Positions 10,350 to 20,309 of a stretch of 64,000 bases of DNA are shown here, in pieces. A program made the position numbers and the translations under genes. The notes beneath the pieces were generated by a model that ran no database searches, was not told the origin of the DNA, and worked only from the letters and a program-made list of their open reading frames with translations. How positions within the stretch are numbered: the first letter of the stretch is position 1; the number at the start of each line of letters is the position of its first letter. This stretch comes from Candidatus Kapaibacterium sp. (GTDB lineage: Bacteria; Bacteroidota; Ignavibacteria; Kapaibacteriales; UBA2268): the NCBI GenBank assembly GCA_963665665.1, contig OY762428.1:2112001-2176000 (forward strand), read 5' to 3'.

Positions 10350-10459
10350 CATCAAGCCATGAAACCTTTGAAATTATTTACTTAATAAATTATTACAGCA
10401 ATGACTGAAAAGAATATAAATATTGATATTGAGTATGGTTTAGATTCGAGATATTAATC

Positions 10460-10976
10460 AAAGAAGAATCAGCACTGGGAGGGGTAGGATGAGAAGATAG
10501 ATGAAGAAGATAAAGAATCAGCACCAGGATGAGTAGGATGAAAAAGAAGGATAAGAATCTGAACTGGGATGGGTAGGATGGGAAAGGATGAGTGGGATGA
10601 TGAGTATGAGAATATTTTTTCATCTTAATCCTATAATCCTGAAAATCCTATAAATCCTAGTTCTGACTTGAGGGATGATGAAGAAGATAAAGAATCTGCA
10701 CTGGGAGGGGTAGGATGAGTGGGATGATGAGTATGAGAATATTTTTTCATCTTAATCCTATAAATCCAAAACATCCTATAAATCCGAGTTCTGACTTGAG
10801 GGATGATGAAGAAGATAAAGAATCTGCACTGGGATGGGTTGGATGAAAAAGACAGATGAAGAAGATAAAGAATCAGCACTGGGATGGGTTGGATGAAAAA
10901 GACAGATGAAGAGGATAATATTTCTTTATCTTAATCCTATAATCTTAAACATCCTATAAATCATAGTTAAGACAAG
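10460..10976 (+). repeat. Cluster 2 of the same repeat family (3 copies, last one a variant ending TCATAGTTAAGACAAG)
   Basis: Cores end near 10670, 10798, 10976, immediately upstream of the GxxExxY gene. Confidence 0.93.
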
Positions 10977-10991
10977 AGAAAGGATATTACA

Positions 10992-11372
10992 ATGGAAAAT
11001 GAGGAATTAACTCATAAGATAATTGGCTGTGCTATGAAGGTGCATTCAATTCTTGGAAGTGGATTTCAGGAGGTGATTTATCAGCGTGCATTAGGAATTG
11101 AATTTAATAACGCAAATATTTCCTATCAAAGAGAATTTGAAATGGAAATATATTACGAAGGGGTTCATATTGGTAATAGAAGGGTGGACTTTTTCGTTGA
11201 AGATACTGTTATGGTGGAGATTAAGGCAGTCTCCAAGCTTGAAGATGTCCACCTTGCTCAGGCAATAAATTACTGTGAGGTATATGGCCTTCCTTATGGA
11301 TTACTTTTAAATTTCGGATCCTCCAAACTCGAATTTAACAGAGTGTACAATTTGAATAAGAGAAGAAGATAA
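10992..11372 (+). CDS. GxxExxY protein (PD-(D/E)XK nuclease superfamily)
   Basis: LGSGFQEVIYQRAL signature, RVDFFVED..MVEIKAV catalytic-like motif, AQAINY, GLLLNFG; RBS-like AAGGA upstream. Confidence 0.95.
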   Translation: MENEELTHKIIGCAMKVHSILGSGFQEVIYQRALGIEFNNANISYQREFEMEIYYEGVHIGNRRVDFFVEDTVMVEIKAVSKLEDVHLAQAINYCEVYGLPYGLLLNFGSSKLEFNRVYNLNKRRR

Positions 11373-12128
11373 ACTAGGATGAGTAGGATGAAAAAGATAG
11401 ATGAAGAGGATAATATTTCTTTATCTTAATCCTATAATCCTGTACATCCTATAAATCCAAGTTCTGACTTGAAGGATGGGGTAGGATGAAAAAGATAGAT
11501 GAAGAGGATAATACTTCTTTATCTTAATCCAATAATCCTGTACATCCTATAAATCCAAGTTCTGACTTGAAGGATGGGGTAGGATGAAAAAGATAGATGA
11601 AGAGGATAATACTTCTTTATCTTAATCCTATAATCCTGTACATCCTATAAATCCAAGTTCTGACTTGAAGGATGGGGAGGATGGAGAAGATAGATGAAGA
11701 GGATAAAGAAGACAGAGGGGTAGGATGAAAAAGACAGATGAAGAGGATAAAGAAGACAGAGGGGTAGGATGAAAAAGAGAAATGAAGAGGATAATATTTC
11801 TTCATCTTAATCCTATTAATCCTGTACATCCTATAAATCCGAGTTCTGACTTGAAGGATGTAGAGGATGAAAAAGATAGATGAGTAGGATAATATTTCTT
11901 TATCTTAATCCAATAATCCTAAAAATCCAATAAATCCGAGTTCTGACTTGTGGGATGATGTAGAGGATGAAAAAGACAGATGAGTAGGATAATACTTCTT
12001 CATCTTAATCCTATTAATCCTGTACATCCTATAAATCATAGTTCTGACTTGAAGGATGGAGAGGATAAAGAAGACAGATGAAGAGGATAATGTTTCTTCA
12101 TCTTAATCCTATTAATCCTGAAAATCCA
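11373..12128 (+). repeat. Cluster 3 of the same repeat family (6 copies plus 1 truncated)
   Basis: Begins at the GxxExxY stop codon; cores end near 11471, 11569, 11667, 11853, 11950, 12051; partial copy to about 12128. Confidence 0.95.
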
Positions 12129-12174
12129 TTTGTTACTTTTTTGTATGAGTTAACAAATGTTTTTTTATTTCTAA

Positions 12175-13035
12175 TCAGCCCTTCTGTGTCAGAAGCACCC
12201 CGCTAATTGCAATTATACCCCCAACAAAAAAAACAGGCGTAAGTACGTGGCCAAGGAAGATCATTGACAATACAGTTGTAAAAATTGGCTGTAGATTATT
12301 GAAAACAGCAACTTTACTTGCATCCAGCCTTGATAGGGCATAGTACCAGAGCCCATAGCCAAAAGCTGATGTCATCACGGCAAGGAATACAATTTTCAGC
12401 CAGTCTGTGGCAATATATTCAGCAGGTGCAAAATCCGGGGATATCAGTAAATATTCCGGCATATATGTAACAAATCCGATGATCATTGTTATTCCGGTCA
12501 TGTATAAACCGCCATATTTTTCTACCATTTTCTTTCCTATGGTAGTATAAAAAGCAAAGGATACACTTGCGGCCAGGGCCAGCAGATTCCCGGCAAAATG
12601 CCCGGAATTAAGGTCAATACCCTTCTCAAATAATATCATAGATGTTCCTGCTATAGCTGTAAATATCCCGGCTGTTTTTCTCCATGTAACTTTTTCTTTT
12701 AGAAAGGCCATAGATATTATCAATACAAAAGCCGGCATAATAGCATAAGCAAGCGCTACATTCGGGGCACCGGTCATCTTGATACTTGTCAGGAAAAGGA
12801 ACTGATTGATAGGAACATTCAATATCCCCAGTACAAGGCATGTCAGGTAATCTTTTTTTTCAATTTTTTTCTTACGCAGGTTACCAAATTTTATCCAAAC
12901 AATAAATATTAAAGCAGCAAATAAGGAACGAAAAAGTAAAATGGTTTTTGGGTCGATCCTGTCGGTCAGGTCTTTAGCTATAACGTGCGAGCTGGAAGCC
13001 GTAAACTGCTGAATAACTATCAGTATCTCAACCAT
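12175..13035 (-). CDS. DMT/EamA family transporter
   Basis: About 10 hydrophobic segments in two EamA repeats; FL.EK, LQPIFTTVLS...LG motifs. Confidence 0.9.
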   Translation of the reverse strand: MVEILIVIQQFTASSSHVIAKDLTDRIDPKTILLFRSLFAALIFIVWIKFGNLRKKKIEKKDYLTCLVLGILNVPINQFLFLTSIKMTGAPNVALAYAIMPAFVLIISMAFLKEKVTWRKTAGIFTAIAGTSMILFEKGIDLNSGHFAGNLLALAASVSFAFYTTIGKKMVEKYGGLYMTGITMIIGFVTYMPEYLLISPDFAPAEYIATDWLKIVFLAVMTSAFGYGLWYYALSRLDASKVAVFNNLQPIFTTVLSMIFLGHVLTPVFFVGGIIAISGVLLTQKG

Positions 13036-14173
13036 AATTATTAATTATCCTGATAATTTTTTCAGCCTGGTTTTCATAAGAATATTCCTTCGAAGCAATT
13101 TCAGCTTTTTTTTGAAATTCTTTGCTGTTTTTCATCATTGCAAGTTCCATTATCGCACATGCCATATCAAAAGCAGGGGCATTATGATCTATGATAATAC
13201 CCGTTCCTGTCGTTTCAATAAATTTTCTCATTGCAGGAAGGTCTGATACCAGCGCGGGTATCCCGGCCATTGGATATTCAAACAATTTGTTTGGTAATGC
13301 CATTTTGTAGGAAAACGAAACCGGCTCGATAAAACACAGCCCTATATCGGCGGAACAGGTCCAGTTATGAAGGTTATCATAAGGCACGGAACCAGCAAAG
13401 ATTACTTTTTTACTAACATTTAATTTTCCTGCGTAATTTCGTACTTCGTTTTCAAAACTGCCTTCTCCTGCAAGCACAAGCACAAAATTCTCCAACAAGG
13501 CCAGTGCTTCCAAAGCAGGGATAATACCACGGCCCGGAAGTATCATCCCCTGATATAAAATAATTTTGACATTATCGGGGATTTTAAATTTTTTCCTGAT
13601 GACATTAGTATTTGATTTCTCCCGAAAAGGAGGAAGGTTCAATATTGTGTGGAATTGTTTATTAGTTTTGAAATGTTTTTTCAGGTATTGGCCGTCCATA
13701 TCACCGGATACTACGAAGGAATCTACTTCACGAACAAGTTTCTTTTCTACTTTTGTAATAATACTTTGCTTCAGCGGACTATTATGCAGAGGCCCGAGCG
13801 CGGAATATATTTCACGCGAATCGTAAAATATTTTACCTCCTGTTTTCTTTTTAAATTTTCTTGCAGGACAAAGAGAATACATATCCCCGGCCCAATACAC
13901 GGAAGCATTAATTTTGGGAAGATATTTTGCAGCTTCCCTGTTGAAATATTTCCATTGTTTCAAAGCGCGACAATTGCCCGGTTCATCTATGTAAAAGAAA
14001 TCAATTCCATACCTGGAGAATTCAGCTTTATCTGATTTACTTCCAAAAGAAATACATGCAATTTCCTTTTTTGCGCCGGCCAGTGATCTCATTATATTCA
14101 GAGACCTGGCATCGTTAAGCAGCCTGCCCATAAAAAAAAGGCATATATCATAATTTTCCGGCAAACTGCTCAT
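13028..14173 (-). CDS. Glycosyltransferase family 4
   Basis: YDSRE, ILYQG....RG, ALPNKLFEY.MAGIP...SD motifs. Confidence 0.9.
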   Translation of the reverse strand: MSSLPENYDICLFFMGRLLNDARSLNIMRSLAGAKKEIACISFGSKSDKAEFSRYGIDFFYIDEPGNCRALKQWKYFNREAAKYLPKINASVYWAGDMYSLCPARKFKKKTGGKIFYDSREIYSALGPLHNSPLKQSIITKVEKKLVREVDSFVVSGDMDGQYLKKHFKTNKQFHTILNLPPFREKSNTNVIRKKFKIPDNVKIILYQGMILPGRGIIPALEALALLENFVLVLAGEGSFENEVRNYAGKLNVSKKVIFAGSVPYDNLHNWTCSADIGLCFIEPVSFSYKMALPNKLFEYPMAGIPALVSDLPAMRKFIETTGTGIIIDHNAPAFDMACAIMELAMMKNSKEFQKKAEIASKEYSYENQAEKIIRIINNYG

Positions 14174-14341
14174 ATATATCTTATTCGATTTATTAATCTA
14201 CAAAACCAATAAAAAGTTCAGTTAATTAGTAACAGCAATTTAACCAATTTTCCAAAAAGTCCCGGTATTTGTTTTGTTAAGATCATTCTGACAAAACTAT
14301 GCAGCAGACAACAACATAAATAATTTATAATGCCAAAAAAA

Positions 14342-14992
14342 TTAATCCTCGGATTTTTGAGGAATGATAACCAGCCTCATGGTTGAATATATTCCTTTCG
14401 GCAGTTCCTCAACGAGTTCTTTTTCCTCGAAAGAGCTTAACTCTATCTGATCTTTCACTTCCCGGCGTTCGAATTCACGGATCATATCCATACCTTCTTC
14501 AGGATTTTCAGCTACAAGGCTGTACATAGTTTTGAATGGCATAAGCTTGGGCCCGCCGGTTGTAGGGGCAAAATATTTACCGATAACTTCAATAACATAG
14601 TAGGCAGATTTATCAGAAAACTCACGGCTTATATCCCTTATCAGCCAAAGAGCACCTTTGTTCAGCCTGTTGAAATTCGCGGATTTGTATGCATATTGCC
14701 TGATCAAAGGATCTTCATTGTTCAGCTCCCTGAGTGCAGTTGCCATTAGCAGGTAAATATCTGAAATATCCCTGTCGCCTTCGCCTGTGGGTTCTTTCGG
14801 CAGTTTATCAATTGCTTCCGCTCCCAGCTTTGCCATTTCCTTGAAGTTTTTCATCTGGTAAAGTTCTGCAATATTTTTCAGATAGGATTTTTTCTGTTTA
14901 ATAACATCATCAGGATAGTTAGTTGTCAGCGGCCCGTCAAACATCGGATCATAACTTTCCATTGTATCTTTCATCACGTTTCCGTATTTCAA
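14342..14992 (-). CDS. Hypothetical protein
   Basis: 216-aa ORF, helical/TPR-like N-terminal half; start uncertain. Confidence 0.65.
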   Translation of the reverse strand: MKYGNVMKDTMESYDPMFDGPLTTNYPDDVIKQKKSYLKNIAELYQMKNFKEMAKLGAEAIDKLPKEPTGEGDRDISDIYLLMATALRELNNEDPLIRQYAYKSANFNRLNKGALWLIRDISREFSDKSAYYVIEVIGKYFAPTTGGPKLMPFKTMYSLVAENPEEGMDMIREFERREVKDQIELSSFEEKELVEELPKGIYSTMRLVIIPQKSED

Positions 14993-15020
14993 TTACAAAA
15001 TTCTTTCTCAAAATTAATAA

Positions 15021-15054
15021 AAAACCGGTTAAAATCATTTTCCAACCGGTTTTT
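15021..15054. terminator. Intrinsic terminator-like hairpin
   Basis: AAAACCGGTT...AACCGGTTTT inverted repeat downstream of the 15075-15800 gene. Confidence 0.55.
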
Positions 15055-15074
15055 GATGTAATTTGTGTTGTTTT

Positions 15075-15800
15075 TTATTGTCCCATTGGTGCCGGTTTGG
15101 CATCTGCCGGCGGATCGAAATCGGCAGCAGACATTTTCTCGTTAAATTTCAGGCTGACAGTTTTAAAGTTAATTATTGCACCCTGCATTGTAATGTCAAT
15201 ATTAGTGGCAACAGTTGCGCCGTTGAAATTTTTATAATCTTTGAACTTTATAATAAAAACACCCTGGCTTGTTTCGGATTTTGCCTGAATCACAAACTTG
15301 CTGTCCTTTGCAACCCAAAGAGTAGTTTTAGAGCCGTCTTTTTCGGTAGCAGTCATTTTAAAGGCATCAATATTATCTATTGTTTCTCTTCCGGACATTT
15401 TCACTTCCGTACTGTCCCTGTCCAAATCGGAAAAAGGTGATTGATATAAAATTTCAAATTGTTTGAATTGCCCGGCAACATTCTCGTGAGGTAGCGTCAT
15501 TTTCTGACCCATCTGATCTACCCATCCTGTTTTGCCGTTAGTAGCCAAAGTTACTTTAACCCCGTTAGTTGTTTCTTCAACTTTGAATTTGTCAGGCATT
15601 AAAGCAAGAAAATTAACTTTCTTGACCATGCCCATCATTGTTACTTCGGCATTAAGAGTCACTGATTTCACATTATCCAGTATTTCAGCGCCGCAGGCTT
15701 CTTTATTCTCTTTGATAATTTTATCAACTTTATCAGCACTTGCCGATGTAACCATGAAAGCAAGCATTGCCAATGTTAGTAAAACTGTCCTTTTAATCAT
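15075..15800 (-). CDS. Exported protein, LolA-like/outer-membrane lipoprotein-sorting fold
   Basis: Signal peptide; NGKTGW, F.DYK..NG...A..I, F.PP motifs typical of this family. Confidence 0.65.
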   Translation of the reverse strand: MIKRTVLLTLAMLAFMVTSASADKVDKIIKENKEACGAEILDNVKSVTLNAEVTMMGMVKKVNFLALMPDKFKVEETTNGVKVTLATNGKTGWVDQMGQKMTLPHENVAGQFKQFEILYQSPFSDLDRDSTEVKMSGRETIDNIDAFKMTATEKDGSKTTLWVAKDSKFVIQAKSETSQGVFIIKFKDYKNFNGATVATNIDITMQGAIINFKTVSLKFNEKMSAADFDPPADAKPAPMGQ

Positions 15801-15875
15801 TTTCTTTCTCCGTTATAAATAAATATCATTTTTTATCGACGTAAAATTATTATACAAGTTGCATGAATTACAAAA

Positions 15876-16718
15876 CTATATAAACTTTTTCAACTTATCA
15901 ATAAACTCATCGGCTTCAAGGCCTTTTATATAAAATTCTTTAAGGCTATCTTTATCAGGCAGGCCTTCCGGGAGTACTGATTTAAGCCAGTTAAGTTCAT
16001 TTTTCGAGAATGCAATGCCATCAAGGATATAATTTTCGAATGCTTCGTAAGTTAGTGGTACAGCAAGTTTCAGTATATCAGCAATAATATCGGCATAAAC
16101 CCTGATTTCGTACTGAGCGTGGCCGTCCATCCTGAGTTTCAGGAAATGAAGAAGGTTGTGAAGGTCAATTTTCCAGTACCATTCAGTATAGGTTGATAAT
16201 GGGAGGTTTATTCTGGAAAGTTCACGTGTTAAATCCAGCTCAAGGTAATCATTGTATTCCTTAAACAGGTTTTCCTGTGTATCAGACATCATTTTCTGTA
16301 CTTTTCCTGCTTCTCCATCACCAATGAGGTCTTCGGACCTTCCCTGGCGGTTCATAGTACTCTGGTGGCGCAACTGCGATAGTTCCGGGATGTAGAATTC
16401 GTCCTTCATTTCAGAATAACGCCCGCTGTATTCGTTTACATTTGCTGTCCTGTGGCGTATCCACTGGCGTGCAACGAATATTGGTAATTTCACATGGAAT
16501 TTCAGTTCAACCATTTCGAACGGGCTTGTATGCCTGTGTCTCATCAGGTAGCGGATAAGCTCGCGATCCATGCTGCGTGTTTTTGTACCCTTTCCGTATG
16601 AAACCCTTGCAGCCTGAACAATTGCATCGTCGCTGCCCATAACGTCAATCAATCTTACGAAGCCTTTGTCAAGGCATTTAATCTCTTTTCCGAGAATATC
16701 TTTTAGTTCTTCGTTCAT
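15876..16718 (-). CDS. thyX: FAD-dependent thymidylate synthase
   Basis: AARVSY, H.SPFE, ARQWIRHR...NEYSGRY ThyX motif, HAQYEIR. Confidence 0.97.
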   Translation of the reverse strand: MNEELKDILGKEIKCLDKGFVRLIDVMGSDDAIVQAARVSYGKGTKTRSMDRELIRYLMRHRHTSPFEMVELKFHVKLPIFVARQWIRHRTANVNEYSGRYSEMKDEFYIPELSQLRHQSTMNRQGRSEDLIGDGEAGKVQKMMSDTQENLFKEYNDYLELDLTRELSRINLPLSTYTEWYWKIDLHNLLHFLKLRMDGHAQYEIRVYADIIADILKLAVPLTYEAFENYILDGIAFSKNELNWLKSVLPEGLPDKDSLKEFYIKGLEADEFIDKLKKFI

Positions 16719-16785
16719 TGCATCTATCTATTTTTGTTAATAAATTCTTCTTAAAGTATAGAACCGTCTCATTTGCTTGCTATAC

Positions 16786-16887
16786 AGTCACTCCTCGACA
16801 GGCCCCGATAGGATTAGGCAAGGTGAACGCAACAATGAATCTATGATCCGCTTGAATACCGGATTCTTCATTTCGTTCAGAATGACA
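16786..16887. repeat. REP-like palindromic element (GTCATTCTGA..GAAGAATC type)
   Basis: Ends GATTCTTCATTTCGTTCAGAATGAC; related arms at about 45240-45300 and 45523-45550. Confidence 0.55.
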
Positions 16888-16956
16888 AAAAGTATGTATT
16901 TCAAATAGTGAGTCATCATTTTCAATTTTTTAAATATTTATAATAATCAAAAGTTA

Positions 16957-18198
16957 TTAAAAGAATACATCAAGAAATTTGTTGATCCTTGTATCATCAA
17001 CCCTTATAAGACAAAGCTGCTGCGAGCCGGCCAACGTCATTACCGAGCCTCTCTGATAGACAGGCTGAAGGTTGAAAACCGGAAAGTCCGAAAGTGATAT
17101 TATTTTTATAAGCCTACCATCCCGGCTGATAAAATAAGCTCCGAATTCGTCATTATTTCTGCCAATAAAACTAAGCTTATTCTCATCTATAGCAGGAGCC
17201 GAAGGTACTGCAACATCAAAATAGATGTCCCATTTCTTTTTCCCGTCCTTGTCGAAACAGAACATGCCGCTGTAAGCTTCACCCAGTCCGGAATTATAGC
17301 CAAGAACGAAAAAGTCGCCTTCATTTGATACGGTAATGTATCTGGCAAGTAAATTTAATTCCTTGTTGAATAATTCTTTTCCCTTTTTGTCAAGAACAAA
17401 AACTTTGGAGAAGCGGTTTGGGCCGACATCAAGCATACCTGAGAAATAAATTCTGTCTTCGCTGACAACTGGGTGTTTTATCAGCCTAATTCCGGGATAA
17501 AATTTCTTCCACAGTTCTTTTCCTGATTTATCAATACAAACCAGTGAGTCTGTCTGCCCGTTTTCGTTAAGTGTTGAAATTATATAAATATTTCCTTTAT
17601 TATCAGCAGAAAACTTTTTCCCGTAGTATGCATCGGTTCTTCTTTTCCAGAGCAGTTTACCGTTAAAGTCAAACTTAAGTAACTGGCCTTCTTCAGTAGC
17701 CGATAAAATACCGTCACTAACTGCCAGTAAGTCAGAAAAGATCAGATTCTTTTCATCGATATCAGGAATTTGCGTTTTCCATCTTTTTTTACCAAGAATA
17801 TCGTATGAGCATATATTACCCTTATTTGTTACCAGGTAAATATTCATTTTGTCATCGGCACACATTGCCGCAGCGGCAGTTTCACCGCTGTCAAGCTTTT
17901 GTTCCCATTTATAACGCCCGTATTCAGTAAGCACGATTGAACCTGCCGCAGTTGACATTGCAATAAATTCTTCCCCAATTGGCAGGGGAGGGAATTTTGC
18001 GCCGCTTTTATCATCAGCCTCGGGATAATCTGCAAATGCCAAAAAATACGGAACAGGCCCTGTTTCTTCGTAAGATCCGGTTCTACCGGGGTCTGAAGCT
18101 GTATTGTAAGGACCTTCAAAATCAGGTGATCCGCAGGCTGCGAGCAAGAATATCGATAATAATACCAGGTAATTGAATAGTTTGTATTTATTAATCAT
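16957..18198 (-). CDS. Lipoprotein with PQQ-like beta-propeller repeats
   Basis: Lipobox LAAC; repeated D..GK..W motifs. Confidence 0.8.
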   Translation of the reverse strand: MINKYKLFNYLVLLSIFLLAACGSPDFEGPYNTASDPGRTGSYEETGPVPYFLAFADYPEADDKSGAKFPPLPIGEEFIAMSTAAGSIVLTEYGRYKWEQKLDSGETAAAAMCADDKMNIYLVTNKGNICSYDILGKKRWKTQIPDIDEKNLIFSDLLAVSDGILSATEEGQLLKFDFNGKLLWKRRTDAYYGKKFSADNKGNIYIISTLNENGQTDSLVCIDKSGKELWKKFYPGIRLIKHPVVSEDRIYFSGMLDVGPNRFSKVFVLDKKGKELFNKELNLLARYITVSNEGDFFVLGYNSGLGEAYSGMFCFDKDGKKKWDIYFDVAVPSAPAIDENKLSFIGRNNDEFGAYFISRDGRLIKIISLSDFPVFNLQPVYQRGSVMTLAGSQQLCLIRVDDTRINKFLDVFF

Positions 18199-18912
18199 TT
18201 TATGATAATCTGTAATGGTAAAAAAACTAAATATAATTAAAAATGGACAGAACTCATTAATAAACTTTCACACTATTAAATATTATACAAATTGAATAAA
18301 TGATATTATTTTGAATGATAAGCATTTGTAATTTATTCAATTTATTGTTATATGTGCATTGGATTAATGAATATTGAAAAAAATGAAAATCACCAATCAG
18401 AGCTTGTGATGAAACAGATACTTACCCTGATTCAATTTATTGTGATTATCGCACTAATGGCTATTCCCACAACTTGCTTGCCAGCCGACCAAAAGTTCCG
18501 GGCAGTTGAAATGACCTATACAGTAAGAGATTCGGAAGCAGGAAATCTTGAATTCAATAAAATGTTAACTTCTGAAGAAGCAGGCCAATACAGGATAATT
18601 GCCAATATTGGTTTTTTCAACGGAGAGCTTTGCAGATTTATAATTACTACAAAACGAAGTTAGATGAGTCAGAAGAAAAAGAATGGGGTATGCAGTTGAT
18701 ATTTAATATTTTAATACTTATTACTTTTGTATTTTCAATGACTCTATTCTTTATCGCAAATGCACTTTATACATAATTTCGTTATCAGTTTTGGATATTT
18801 GTTCGGAGAGAAACTGGATGAAAAGTATAATAGACGATGATACAACTTAAATTATCTTAGATTCTCTATAAACCACCTGCCATAACAATAAACACAATAA
18901 TTATTTGTATTT

Positions 18913-18929
18913 TACGGAAATAATCCGTA
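18913..18929. promoter_or_regulatory. Probable antitoxin operator of the TA pair
   Basis: Perfect inverted repeat TACGGA-N5-TCCGTA about 36 bp upstream of the antitoxin ATG. Confidence 0.6.
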
Positions 18930-18965
18930 CATTAACTACTGAATATAGATATCAAGGATATAGCA

Positions 18966-19241
18966 ATGAAACAGAATACAGCAAGATTTGATGCAAGGTT
19001 GTCGGCAGAGCAGAAAAGTATGTTCGAAAAAGCCGCTGTTCTTGGCGGATACAGGAATCTGACAGATTTTGTAATAGCTGCCGTAAGGGATAAAGCAAAT
19101 GAAATAATTGAAAAGAATGAAAGCATAATTGCCTCGGAAAGAGACAAGGAAATATTCTTCAGCGCTTTAATGAATCCGCCGAAACCGAACAATGAACTTT
19201 TTGCAGCAAAAGAAGAGTATGATAATCTGGTAGCTGAATAA
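18966..19241 (+). CDS. DUF1778 (TacA/AtaR-like) RHH antitoxin
   Basis: ARFDARL..EQK...EKAA...G..LTDFV and F..AL.NPPKPN..L motifs; stop overlaps GNAT start. Confidence 0.9.
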   Translation: MKQNTARFDARLSAEQKSMFEKAAVLGGYRNLTDFVIAAVRDKANEIIEKNESIIASERDKEIFFSALMNPPKPNNELFAAKEEYDNLVAE

Positions 19242-19750
19242 TGTACTTTACTCGTCCATTAGACCCAAAATATAACCGTGTTGAATTTTCTAGCGGTAAT
19301 GAACTATTGGATAATTATTTTAGGAGGCAGGCTCGGCAGGATGTAAAACGAAAGCTTGCTGCATGTTTTGTTATAATCGATGAAAAAAGTGGGAAAATAT
19401 CCGGATTCTATACTCTTTCAAGTGCAGGTATTGCACAGAGGTTTGTTCCGGATTCGTTTAGAAAAAAGCTTCCCAAATCGTATAACACTCTACCGGCAAT
19501 ACTTATTGGCCGGTTCGCAGTTGATATAGAATTTCAGGGTAGTGGTATTGGAAAACTATTATTGATTGACGCTCTGAAAAGATGCCACAATACATCTGAT
19601 TATATTGGAGCCTTTGCTGTCATTGTTGATCCGATAGATATGGAAGCCGAAAAATTCTATGAAAAACACGGATTTATTAAACTCCCGGATAGCGGAAAGA
19701 TGTTTCTGCCAATGAAAACTATTGAGAATTTGTTTGTAGTAAGAAATTAG
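19241..19750 (+). CDS. GNAT acetyltransferase toxin (TacT/AtaT-like)
   Basis: F.SG...LD.Y, PAILIGRFAVD...QGSGIGKLLL.DAL, A..FY.KHGF. Confidence 0.9.
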   Translation: MYFTRPLDPKYNRVEFSSGNELLDNYFRRQARQDVKRKLAACFVIIDEKSGKISGFYTLSSAGIAQRFVPDSFRKKLPKSYNTLPAILIGRFAVDIEFQGSGIGKLLLIDALKRCHNTSDYIGAFAVIVDPIDMEAEKFYEKHGFIKLPDSGKMFLPMKTIENLFVVRN

Positions 19751-19795
19751 TCACGCAATTGGGAATAATTATTGACAAGCAAAGGTGTTGCGTAA

Positions 19796-20158
19796 ATGAA
19801 AAACCTTCTGATCGGAATAATAATTGGTGTTGCACTTGCAGTAGTATTCTTGGTTGCAAAAAGCCTGTTTATAGCGCAGAAGGAAATACCGAGAAACCAT
19901 GTTGCCGTTGAAATAAAGATTGAAACAAAAAAAGAGATTGAATCAATTGGAATCTCATCCCCACGTTCAAAACAGATTTTTAGAATTGGCGAATCAAAAG
20001 AAAGCCTTGCTGTTTTCCCGAATCCCGGCGAGGGAACTTTTTCTTTAACCTGCATCTTTAGCAATGGGGATACAATAAGAAGTACGGAGGTGTATATTGA
20101 AGGAGGATATTCAATAGCAGCAGTGATTAAAGATGATAAGATAGATATAGAATATTGA
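19796..20158 (+). CDS. Hypothetical membrane-anchored protein
   Basis: 120-aa ORF with N-terminal hydrophobic helix. Confidence 0.65.
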   Translation: MKNLLIGIIIGVALAVVFLVAKSLFIAQKEIPRNHVAVEIKIETKKEIESIGISSPRSKQIFRIGESKESLAVFPNPGEGTFSLTCIFSNGDTIRSTEVYIEGGYSIAAVIKDDKIDIEY

Positions 20159-20309
20159 TAATTGACTTAATTTAATTTATTGAGAAATTATAATTCATTG
20201 CTACCGGCTCTCAGTTTTCAAGTGAAGATTAAAACAAAAAAGCCCCGCCTTGATGGCAGGGCCGAAAATCAGGATCTCGAAAGATCGCTAATCAAGCAGG
20301 ATGGAATTT

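Noticed and set aside
7823-11829. Minus-strand ORFs 7823-8098, 8371-8613, 10393-10623, 10631-10879, 11617-11829
   Set aside because: They are translations of the repeat units, with no RBS or protein-like composition.
7906-12128. CRISPR array (conserved repeat with variable intervening sequence)
   Set aside because: Intervening segments are not unique spacers: they are reused purine-rich modules of variable length that are complementary to the repeat. No cas genes are in the window.
18352-18840. ORF 18352-18663 and following fragments
   Set aside because: Possibly a decayed gene, but no recognisable family; not supportable as a feature.
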